Below, piece after piece: positions 52,928 through 63,445 of a stretch of DNA of 64,000 nt; the stretch's first letter is position 1; the number at the start of each line of letters is the position of its first letter. The notes below the pieces were generated by a model. The model saw only the letters and a list, made by a program, of their open reading frames with translations. It ran no database searches and had not been told where the DNA came from. Source of the DNA: Calcarisporiella thermophila CBS 279.70 (Eukaryota > Fungi > Calcarisporiellomycota); the NCBI RefSeq assembly GCF_041956535.1, contig NW_027192217.1, forward strand, positions 302,196 to 366,195. Reading direction: 5' to 3'. The position numbers and the translations under genes are program-made.

Positions 52928-53269
52928 ATCGCGCTTCCTGAATATCTATGTGGCTGCTTATATGACTTCCCCGTACAAAAAACAATTTTCTCGTAACCCG
53001 GTTGTTACGGGGGATTAGAGATTTTGTGGAGAAATGTACGGACTAGTTAAAAATAGGAGATTGGTGAGGAACAATAAGTAAATGTGGATGGGTTTATATA
53101 AGTCAAAAAAAAATATTATACGTAAAAATAAGAAAAATAACGAAATCGAAAAGATATTAAGAATGTCGAGACCGCTGTTGTACGTGTTGTGATATTACAC
53201 TATATTTGTCATGATACTCGTGAATATTGAACTTGCACCCTACGCTACACTCATACTACGCTCTCGAAT

Positions 53270-54108
53270 TTTTTTTTTTTGATCAATCAACGGAAAGTTT
53301 TATTAGTTTCCGTAGCTTACAAGAGTTTAATGATTACAATGAAAAAAGAAAGGGGGGAATAAAGGGGTGGGGATATATTTAGGCGGCAAGGTGGAACTTT
53401 TTTTTGATTTTGACAATATATGTTAGCCCAGAAAGAGGGAGAAGAGAAGAAGGTAAAGAAACGCAAGGGGGTAAGAACATAGCGAAGGTGATAAACGTGG
53501 AGTAAGGGAATAAAGAGTAGATTAAATGTGTATAGTGATCGGGTATTTGGTGAGGGATATGAAGTAAAGAGGAGGGGAGGAGCTAAAGAGTGGATAGGGA
53601 GTAGAGAAGAAGGCAAAGAAACGCAAGGGGGTAAGAACATAGCGAAGGTGATAAACGTGGAGTAAGGGAATAAAGGGTAGATTAAATGTATATAGTGATC
53701 GGGTATTTGGTGAGGGATATGAAGTAAAGAGGAGGGGAGGAGCTAAAGAGTGGATAGGGAGAGAGAAAGGGTTGCTTCGTCACTCCAGTTTTAGTTTTGC
53801 TCTATCCGAACTTTCCATTACCGCTCCCTGACTGCACCACCTTCTTCGGGATAACTCCATCTCTCGTCTTTTTCGTGCATTTATCAGTTCACCTCCGATA
53901 GCCTCCTCGATGTCCATTTTGGCACGGACGATGATTGTCTCGGGTGGTGCTCAAGTGCATTCGAAATGGTAGGCGATTCGGTCCCGATGGATTTGCCATA
54001 ACACCGAATCAAAGACGATTTGAGCCGCGTGTCTTACTGTCCTTGGGGCTTCTGGTAGGTCGCCAAGTACGAGATTCCTGGGGTTCAGCACCCGTGTGTT
54101 TAAGGGGC
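53270..54108 (-). mobile_element. LINE family A (L1/Tx1-like), 5'-truncated, with poly(A) and 15-bp TSD
   Basis: Near-identical to 58180-58707 over the coding part; tail AATAAAA..TTGATTGATC(A)n; TSD actacgctctcgaat at 53255-53269 and 54109-54123. Confidence 0.92.
53443..53762. repeat. 160-bp tandem duplication in the LINE-A 3' UTR
   Basis: agagaagaagg(t/c)aaagaaacgcaagggggtaagaacatagcg...gtggataggga starts at 53443 and again at 53603. Confidence 0.9.
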
Positions 54109-54128
54109 ACTACGCTCTCGAATACTTT

Positions 54129-54466
54129 TTTTTTATCAATCAATGGAAACTTTTTATTTAATTTCCATATATTACATGAAGTTAATGTCAATGGACTTAA
54201 CATGACGAGATATAGGTCCTTGATCGATAGGCGTTCAATCGATATGCGTGTATCATAGTTATCGTGAATAGCATGTACGTGAAACCGATGTAATCTTTGT
54301 ATTTATCGTAGGAGCGATCTTTTCAATAATGAAGACTCAATTTCTGATCAAGTGGACAGCAGCCACAAACTAAGAGTAAGTGCTGGTGGGGGAAGTGGGA
54401 TTCGAACCCACGCCGTTCTCATCGGCACACCAGGGATAGTCCACTACACTAACCCTCCCCCCTCAT
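54129..54466 (-). mobile_element. SINE-1, tRNA-derived, full length (~338 bp), 15-bp TSD
   Basis: tRNA-like head 54461-54384 with A box TAGTGTAGTGG, B box GGTTCGAATCC and encoded CCA; LINE-A-like tail plus poly(A); TSD gctctcgaatacttt at 54114-54128 and 54467-54481. Confidence 0.9.
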
Positions 54467-55040
54467 GCTCTCGAATACTTTGTGACTGTCAAAGTGGTTT
54501 GCTCGTATGAAAAATTAATTTTCTAGTAACTGTCATAAACTAGAGCGATATAACTAGGGGATACTCGGGGAACATAGGTAAAACTCTAGGTTTATTCAAG
54601 AACAAGGTGTGTATGTTGGAAGTTCTCATTAGAGTGCTCCTTTTATAATATAAGATATAATAACTATATAACCTGTTAACTAATAAAGCTAATGAATACT
54701 GGTTTATAACTACTTCCTAATTAATGTCGGAGCTTGAATATCGTTGGGATAGCTTGATATGTGACTCGAGTTATGACATAACTGTTAGAATCTGCGTAGT
54801 ACATGCGAGGATAGTTAAGATAATTACTGGTTTATTAAACAAGAATACTATCTGGAACTTAGGATGTCTCCCTTTACTATAGCGGGAGTTCTGTTCAATA
54901 TATACTAAAAGAATTACATTACAACGATTACTTAATAATGCTCCGATAATGCTCCGAAATAGCAGGGCTTGAGGGATTACGTGGCTTAGTTGTCCTACTG
55001 CAGATATCTCGATACGATTCCAACATAACACGGTAACAAA

Positions 55041-55111
55041 GCAACTGTGGTCTAGTGGTAGAATTTCACCCTCCCAAGGTGGAGACCCGGGTTCGATTCC
55101 CGGCAGTTGCA
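55041..55111 (+). tRNA. tRNA-Gly (CCC)
   Basis: GCAACTG/CAGTTGC acceptor stem, anticodon loop CT-CCC-AA, GGTTCGATTCC T-arm; 71 nt. Confidence 0.95.
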
Positions 55112-55411
55112 ATGGTGATTCTAAGAACATCAAATTTTTAAAATTTATCCCGATGGCGTATTTTTTTCAGACTAGGGATCTATTCTTCTTTGGTATTAGA
55201 AAATTAAGAAAAATTGATAGTGCATAAAAGTAGGTTAGGTTAGATAATGTGGGCAATTTTCGCCTCCTATTGTTCTTAGCTTTCGCTCTCCGTTAATCAG
55301 TTGATCATAATCGATTTTTAATTTTTTTTCTTGATTCTGATCTATACAGAAATCCTCTAATTAACATACTACTCAATTCTTCGTATTGCGCATATATCTT
55401 TGTTTTCTCGA

Positions 55412-57433
55412 ATGCCATCAACGAATCCAAGCATTCCAGTACCAACTAGTTCCGATTCTTCCAATAATGTAACACGTCACGCTCCCCACGAATCCATTTC
55501 ATCTTACACGCTGCCTGCATACCTTCAAAATACAATGTATGCTGCTTTACAGCCTACTTCCTCTACAGCAGTAGAATCCACACATTCGATTACCAAAGAA
55601 GGAGGTGGAGATTGCGAATGGAGATTGCCAACAGCTTGGAACCCGAAAGAGAAATGTCAGCTACTGGATTTGTCGAGAGATTGCCTTAGAGTGTCTTACA
55701 AAGGCAGTTATTCTACCTGTTACATTAATTTCTTTGGAATATATGGAATATTGATTTAATTTTAATCTTAATAGGATGCGGCAAAGAAGATCAAGATGCT
55801 GCAGCGGTTCGTGCGAATTACTCGATGCCATCACAGTGTGGATTGTTTTATTATGAGGTCGAGATATTAAGCAAAGGACGAGATGGATATATAGGAATAG
55901 GTTTTTGTACAGGGAATGTAAAACTTGATCGCTTACCTGGTAATATAATTTTATTGGTTTTTTGGGCTCACTATTGAGGATCCCATTGATAATTATGAAT
56001 AACCTATATTATCATAAAGGCTGGGAACCAAATTCGTGGGGTTATCACGGAGATGACGGCTGTTCATTTAATTCGTCTGGCCAAGGTAGAAAATACGGCC
56101 CTTGCTTTACTACGGGCGACATCATTGGCTGTGGTGTAAACTTTATGGATAATACCGCATTCTACACGAAAAACGGGGTGCATCTTGGTAACTTCAGGGC
56201 ATATACCTGAGCAAAGAAGGATTTTTTTTCAATTTATCTATTTCTTATTTTATAGGGATTGCGTTTAAAAATCTTTCCAATTCCCCGTTATTCCCTTCTG
56301 TGGGGCTGCGCACTCCAGGAGAGCTTGTGGAAGCAAATTTTGGACAACGTGCTTTTCGCTTTGATATCCTCAATTTTTACAATGAAGAGCGCAAACGTCT
56401 ATGGAGAACTATCAATGCGTTTCCATATCCATATCTTTCCGCAAGTCCTTCGACACCTGCTGCCCCTACTTCAGGTGGAAGTTCAGAGGGTGAGAAGGAC
56501 CGAAATCGAGGAGATAGTGATGAGAAATTAATGACAACTCTCAATGAACTGGTGGTCTCATATCTGGTGCATCGTGGCTACACTGAGACAGTGCACGCTT
56601 TTTCACGTCATGTTCCGTCCACTATGACCCTTGATACTTCCAAAACAAAAAAGTTGAACGGCTCTAATGCAACTGGAGACGTGGAAATGCTACCAGTTGG
56701 AAAGCATGATAAGAGCTGGCTCGAGGACGAAGAAGATATGCACCATCGCCAGCAGATTTGGAATTCTATTGTACACAAGGGAGATATAGATGCTGCGATT
56801 GAGCTTGCGTTACAGCATTATCCTTCTGTGTTTTCACAAGATAATCTGATACTTTTTCGACTAAGACGCCAAAAATTTATAGAGATGATGAGAGCATATT
56901 CTGCTAGTCGGCATGGAATGGACCTCGAGGAGGAAGAAAGTGGCAGAGAACAAGACGGAGCAGCTGCCGATTTATTGGAGGAGGACGTGGAAGGGATCAG
57001 AAATGGAATGGAGGAAACTCAAAGTGGAGATGATGCAATGGAGGTGGATGAGGGTGGTAGAGTCATGAAGAGAAATCTTGCCTTTCGCGGACTTGTGGGC
57101 GGAATTCGGAACGTGATGCAATATGGACAACGTCTCCAAGATATGTATGCAGATGATCCACGCCCTGAGGTCCGCGATGGCCTCATAGAGGCTTTTGGAT
57201 TACTTGCATATACAGACCCGTTTCAAAGCCCCATGGCTTATCTTCTCGCTCGTACTGAGAGAGAACCAGTAGCCAATGCTCTAAATTGTGCTATTTTAGT
57301 ATCACGAGGCGCACCTGCTACCACTCCTCTGGAGCGATGTTTTCGGCACGCTAGTAGTGTTGCACGGGAACTGGTGCGAATTGGACATGGCAGTGCAGCG
57401 TTCCTTAACGTGGAGAAAGATTGTCTAGTTTGA
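55412..57433 (+). CDS. RanBP9/10 (Vid30/GID1-like) SPRY-LisH-CTLH-CRA protein, 4 exons
   Basis: [53 protein letters not shown], Lis[28 protein letters not shown]. Confidence 0.92.
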
Positions 57434-57694
57434 AGTTCGATTTTTATTTTTGCTATGGACCCTTTTTTTATTTTATAATTTGTTGTGATATATCTCTGTT
57501 TTTATTGTCGATTTTTTTCACATATTATTTAGTTTTCTTTGGATGTATTGCGATAAAAAGGGAGCATCAAATATGTACTGCACCGTTTTTCACTCTAAAG
57601 CTTTTCTTTTTTTATTTACTCTTATGGCAAGAATATATTATGGTTAGGATATCTATTAATATAATGTCAATCAGTAAATAGGTAGCAAAAAAGT

Positions 57695-57766
57695 CTCTCC
57701 GGCCGGGAATTGAACCCGGGTCGCCCGCGTGACAGGCGGGAATACTAACCACTATACTACCGAAGA
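57695..57766 (-). tRNA. tRNA-Asp (GTC)
   Basis: TCTTCGGTAGTATAGTGGTTAGTATTCCCGCCTGTCACGCGGGCGACCCGGGTTCAATTCCCGGCCGGAGAG, followed by a T6 terminator. Confidence 0.96.
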
Positions 57767-57858
57767 TTCATTATGTTTTTGTAATGTGGAATTAGGGATT
57801 CGTGGTGAAAACAGTAAGCTCGCATTCGAGTCCGAGGACAGAAAAAAAAAAAAAACGG

Positions 57859-58707
57859 GGGGAAGGCACTTCCAGCGAAATGGCTCTCCGGAACCAGAAA
57901 CGCTGACGCCCCAATCCTGGCCAGAGGTTGCATCCACGGCAAAGGAATGGGAAAAGGTCTGGACCTCCATCCAAAAACGGCCAACCCTCCCAAAACACCC
58001 CACACTACGCTGGCGAATCCTCGTAGAGCGTGTAATTACAAACTCGACATTCCCTGGTCATGACCCGAAATGTACCCGCTGTAACGCTCCGAGGGACACA
58101 ATCCGGCACACCTTCTTCGAATGTCCCGAACTCACTTCAGTGTGGCATTGGACGGAAAGGTGTATCAACACCATCTCAGGCCCCTAAACACTCAGGTGCT
58201 GAGCCCCAGGAACCTCGTACTTGGCGACCTACCAGAAGCCCCAAGGACAGTAAGACACGCGGCTCAAATCGTCTTTGATTCGGTGTTATGGCAAATCCAT
58301 CGGGACCGAATCGCCTACCATTTCGAATGCACTTGAGCACCACCCGAGACAATCATCGTCCGTGCCAAAATGGACATCGAGGAGGCTATCGGAGGTGAAC
58401 TGATAAATGCACGAAAAAGACGAGAGATGGAGTTATCCCGAAGAAGGTGGTGCAGTCAGGGAGCGGTAATGGAAAGTTCGGATAGAGCAAAACTAAAACT
58501 GGAGTGACGAAGCAACCCTTTCTCTCTCCCAATCCGCTCTTTCCCTCCTCCCCTCCTCATTACTTCATACCTTTCACCAAATACCCGATCACTATATACA
58601 TCTAATTTACCCTTTATTCCCCCCCTTTTCTTATTTCATTGTAATCATTAAACTCTTGTAAGCTACGGAAACTAATAAAAGTCTCTATTGATTGATCAAA
58701 AAAAAAA
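57859..58707 (+). mobile_element. LINE family A (L1/Tx1-like), 5'-truncated, with poly(A) and TSD
   Basis: ORF2 C-terminal CCHC finger CTRCNAPRDTIRHTFFEC; frameshift near 58185; tail AATAAAA..TTGATTGATC(A)10; flanks gaggacag(a)14cgg at 57834-57858 and gaggac(a)8cgg at 58708-58724. Confidence 0.9.
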
Positions 58708-58724
58708 GAGGACAAAAAAAACGG

Positions 58725-60238
58725 AGAAGTCTCCTGGAACAACCAAAGGGCTTTAGTCTGGGATTAATTGACCCGAAACACCAATGTACAGCCATCCTTG
58801 CCTCCTGGATCCAAAGAATCCACAATGCGCAAAGAGAACGCATACCGCCGCCATGGTACCACTTAGCCATCCATATTCTTACGAAACACTACATCCCAAA
58901 CCAGTTAGGCCTAGGAATCCTCACAACCGACTACGGCATGCAGAAGCTGATGAGAAGAGGTGGCATCTGGCCAAGCATATACCATGCGTGGCGGAAGCTG
59001 GATGGGCAGCTAGATATCGACAGAAGAATTACGCCAATGGAAGACTTGACCCTACCGATCAATAGGAACAAATACTTCCTCGAGAGAGGACAACCACTGC
59101 AAACTCGTGGAGAACAACATGGGCTCTCGGTCCTGGGTAACTTCTTCATATACCATCAGAATATCAATAGATATAGGCCATTCTACGATCCTGATCTACT
59201 GGACTACGTGGTGAGGTTTATCCACGTCAAACACCAGGAAGGATTTTACAAACATTATATCAAGCTCAGTACAATGTGGCGACTGGGTCAGCTGACCCTG
59301 GCCCCAAATCTTTGGGAAGCGCTCTCCTATAGGATGCCGGCCTTCACAGACTCGAGAATATTCCCCACCCATAACCTGAAATTAGGTGGTGTCAATATCA
59401 AGCTCTACTCTATCAAGTTCGGCAGACTATACCAGATATCACCAGATCCAGTTGCGGTAACTAGAGAATGGGCGCACATTACCTCATATGAAGGAGCGTG
59501 GAGAAGAGCCTGGAAGAGCTGGCCAAGACGCCCAAGCGAACCAAAGCAAAAGATCCTTCGATGGCGACTCCTTCAACATAAGTTAATAACAACAAGAATT
59601 GCCCAACACTTCGACCACTCAAGCCCCAACTGCAAGAGATGTCGACGAGAAGAGATAGAGACGATAGAACATGCCTTCTTTGAATGTGCGAGAATTGGAG
59701 ATCTGTGGAGGTGGTTTAACAGGCTCCATCAAAAAGATCTTCGATAAGCCCTGGACAAACATGCAAAATTACGAGAAACTCTTCGGATTCCACGAGGAGA
59801 CACAGGGCAAAGATCGACAAGTCTCCATGTTGTTACACGACATCATGGTGTGGAGTATACATAAGACCAGGATCGCAATTGTAATGGACAACCAAGAACA
59901 CGAGGACATCGCATTCAAGTGTATCTTTTTATCAGATCTTCTCATAGCAATCAAAGGACAATGGATACAGGCACAGAGGAAAAAAGACGAAGAAGGGTTC
60001 AAGCAAAAATGGGGAAAGAGCTCGCTAATCCAGATCGATGACTGCCAAGAGGTAGCCCTCGATTTCGAGGAAGCAAAGAACACCTAACCCGACGTTTCCA
60101 AGCACAGATCTCTTTAAATTATATCCCATGTTTTTGTAGTACTTAATAAGCTTGTTCGGAAGCATATCTCACATTTGTAATATATATCGAATAAACCACA
60201 GGACGCAAGTTCCCGCGTCCTTAGAGGAGAAAAAAAAA
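58725..60238 (+). mobile_element. LINE family B (L1/Tx1-like), 5'-truncated
   Basis: Post-RT region LEQPKGFSLGLIDP..A..W..R; CCHC finger CKRCRREEIETIEHAFFEC; +1 frameshift in an A-run near 59731; 3' hairpin and A-tract. Confidence 0.9.
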
Positions 60239-60611
60239 CAGGAAGCACTATATCTTTCAAGTAGGGCAGCCAATAGAATTGATTGTCTCCACGTTGTCGC
60301 CCACTTGGTTACCTGTTATCCCCTCATGGTTACCCTAGGAACCCTCATGGCTACCTTGTTGATGTTGATTGATAATTTGTTGTCTTATCTATCTCATTTT
60401 TGAACACCAGTGAGAGTTATTCTCCTTTGTTCACAATCCTATTTAAACCCTTCGGTCTATTTTAATGTTCTATACCAATTCCCTGAATTATTAAGATAAA
60501 CCTCTTATATTTCTCAAGATTCGGACACCCCTTCACACAAATCTCCTTTCGCCCGTAACAATCGGAGTTGAGCATTTAGTGTATTTAAGATAATTTTTTT
60601 CGAATTTTCGT

Positions 60612-61810
60612 GCAAACCTACTGTACGCAACTGGACGGCAACCGAGACCTTGTCGCTACTTCTCTACAGATGCCCCTTAATCATAGATTGAGACGGGATC
60701 CGACAGATTGAGGAGCCAAAACCTCCAACACCGCCGTACCTACTTAACGAGATACTAACGTTTGTCCGCTGGGGCAGAAAAATTGAGTACAGATCGCTTC
60801 ATAATCAAGCACTATCTGCCAGAAATAGTGGAAGACAATCGGAAATGGAACATAGATCCTCTATGCTCCCTACTAAAAAGCTAAGGAGAGCGTGTTACCG
60901 TAGATACTGCGACCGCTCTCTTGGATAGGACCTCAGGTTTCTCAACCTACCCCCGATCTTAGTTGCAAAAGTCACAGAATACACTGACATACCGCGGCAA
61001 CATCCTCACCCCTCGTCTCCCACTCTACCATTGCCATCTGGCCGGTAGGCCCGTCGCGGAATACTCCACTCGACAAGATCGTCACTCCCAGCGCAACAGC
61101 TCTCTAGAACCGAATACACTGGTTCCGCGATCCTGGCCCGAGGTTGGATCAACACCTAAGGATTGGGAGAAAGTCTGGATCTCCGTTCACTAACGACCCA
61201 CCCTCCCATAACACCGTGCGTTACGCTGGCAGATTCTTGTAGAACGAGTAATCACTAACTCTACATTCCCTGGTCACGATCCAAAGTGTACCCATTGCAA
61301 CACTTCGAGGGACACAATTCGTCATACCTTTTTTTAATGTCCTGAACTTACGCCAGTGTGGCAATGGGTGGAGAGGTGTATCATCACCATCACAAGCCCC
61401 CAGAATTCTCAAGTGCTGACTGCTCGCAACCTTATATTAGGAGGTCTATCTGAATCCTCACGAACAGCAAAACACGGGGCTCAAATCACCTTTGATTCGG
61501 TACTGTGGGAAATCTATTGGGATCATAGTGCCTTTCATTTTGAAAGCACCTGAGCCTCATCCGAAAATATCATCAATCGGGCCAAGATGTTGAGGAGGCT
61601 ATAGGAGCCGAACTAACAAGAGCCTGAAAAAAGCGACAAATTGAACAGTTTCGAAGCAAGTGGTGCAAATTGGGCGCGGTGAAAGAAGGAACTAATAGAG
61701 CGGCTCTAGAACTGGATTAACGCAGTAGCCTACTTCTATCCCTTCTTTTTCTTCCTTTCTTCCTTTCTCACTCCCCATATTACTTATCAAGTCGTTCCCT
61801 AATACCCAGC
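60612..61810 (+). mobile_element. Older, decayed LINE-A-related copy (boundaries approximate)
   Basis: Colinear with 57865-58600 (PRSWPEVGSTPKDWEKVW, CTHC...DTIRHTFF), with many substitutions and stop codons. Confidence 0.82.
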
Positions 61811-62199
61811 TAGTTGAGTTTTATTACACATCTACCCATTTGAGGAGAAAATTCGTTATGATCAACTTACCCCGAATTGCAATACCGCGTTAATATCTAG
61901 CTTTTCCTTATTTACATGGGATGCTTATAGTAAGACTTGTCGATATTGAAGGTAAGTTTTACCCTCAATTAGCTTCAGATATTTATTAAGCGGCCTCTAT
62001 ACTATTGTCTAACAAAGGAAAGTAAAAATTTTATGTCGTTCTTAAGTAGTATAGTGGTTGCAGAGCGTGATCACAGAGCTATATAAATTATAATGCATGA
62101 AATCCCAAAATATTTGCTTAAGCCTGGAACAAAATGCCAGCTTTTGATACCACAGTTATCTATTCTCTATGGAAAAATTAAATAAATTAAAGAAAAGCA

Positions 62200-62271
62200 C
62201 TCTCCGGCCGGGAATTGAACCCGGGTCGCCCGCGTGACAGGCGGGAATACTAACCACTATACTACCGAAGA
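62200..62271 (-). tRNA. tRNA-Asp (GTC), second identical copy
   Basis: Same 72-nt sequence as 57695-57766 with unrelated flanks. Confidence 0.96.
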
Positions 62272-62706
62272 TTCCTATTGTTGTGAGGAAATTTGGAACT
62301 AAATGGATCAACGGCGCAGTAGTAGAGAATGGAGGCTTAGCTTTTGTGACTTGATCACTTTATTATCTTTATTTCTTTAACTGAGCCCTTTTGTGAGAAT
62401 ATTTAATATTATTCGGTTGTTTATTATGCCAACCTTATTTTATGATAACTATATTATATTGAGATGATGCCATTTTATTACTTTTATTATTTATATTTTT
62501 CCCTATGTGATACGTTAACAACAGTATAAAAAGACCGATATTTCATTTACAATAAAAGACGTGCTATTTTGTATTGAGATAGAACCGGATTACGTTTCAA
62601 ACCACCATCTTGTGTCGTTTATTAGTCTTCTGAAGTGTTTAAGGAAGGTTAATCAAGAGCTTAGGGATAGCTAGAGGATTGTCGGGATAGATCTTATTAG
62701 ACATAT

Positions 62707-63342
62707 TTTTTTTTGNNNNNNNNNNNNNNNNNNNNNNNNNNNNNNNNNNNNNNNNNNNNNNNNNNNNNNNNNNNNNNNNNNNNNNNNNNNNNNNNNNNNN
62801 NNNNNNNNNNNNNNNNNNNNNNNNNNNNNNNNNNNNNNNNNNNNNNNNNNNNNNNNNNNNNNNNNNNNNNNNNNNNNNNNNNNNNNNNNNNNNNNNNNNN
62901 NNNNNNNNNNNNNNNNNNNNNNNNNNNNNNNNNNNNNNNNNNNNNNNNNNNNNNNNNNNNNNNNNNNNNNNNNNNNNNNNNNNNNNNNNNNNNNNNNNNN
63001 NNNNNNNNNNNNNNNNNNNNNNNNNNNNNNNNNNNNNNNNNNNNNNNNNNNNNNNNNNNNNNNNNNNNNNNNNNNNNNNNNNNNNNNNNNNNNNNNNNNN
63101 NNNNNNNNNNNNNNNNNNNNNNNNNNNNNNNNNNNNNNNNNNNNNNNNNNNNNNNNNNNNNNNNNNNNNNNNNNNNNNNNNNNNNNNNNNNNNNNNNNNN
63201 NNNNNNNNNNNNNNNNNNNNNNNNNNNNNNNNNNNNNNNNNNNNNNNNNNNAAAGAGTAAGTGCTGGTGGGGGAAGTGGGATTCGAACCCACGCCGTTCT
63301 CATCGGCATCCCAGGGATAGTCCACTACACTAACCCTCCCCC
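62707..63342 (-). mobile_element. SINE-1, second copy (body lies in an assembly gap), 17-bp TSD
   Basis: Head 63342-63265 differs from the 54.4-kb copy at about 2 nt; poly(A) 62707-62714; TSD gatcttattagacatat at 62690-62706 and 63343-63359. Confidence 0.88.
62716..63251. other. Assembly gap (N run)
   Basis: Run of N; falls inside SINE-1 copy 2. Confidence 1.
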
Positions 63343-63445
63343 GATCTTATTAGACATATATTTGACGCAACAATTGGAGGGGATTCCAAAGTTACTTTTC
63401 ATTGGAAAGTTCGAAGGCAGCCACATTCTGCCAAATACACCAAGG

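Noticed and set aside
54384-54461. tRNA-Sec, tRNA-Leu(GAG) or tmRNA
   Set aside because: There is no TCA anticodon. The GAG-containing hairpin sits in the variable-arm position directly against the T-stem, there is no tag ORF, and the unit is TSD-flanked.
57729-58187. ORF 57729-58187 (and 54771-55133) as real genes
   Set aside because: Their starts run through tRNA genes on the opposite strand; only the distal part of the first is LINE ORF2 remnant.
60612-61810. RIP (repeat-induced point mutation) acting on the LINE copies
   Set aside because: Stops include AAA>TAA and GAA>TAA transversions, and the young copies are nearly identical; ordinary decay plus CpG loss fits better.
62639-63333. 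ORFs spanning the N run
   Set aside because: Artefacts of the assembly gap.
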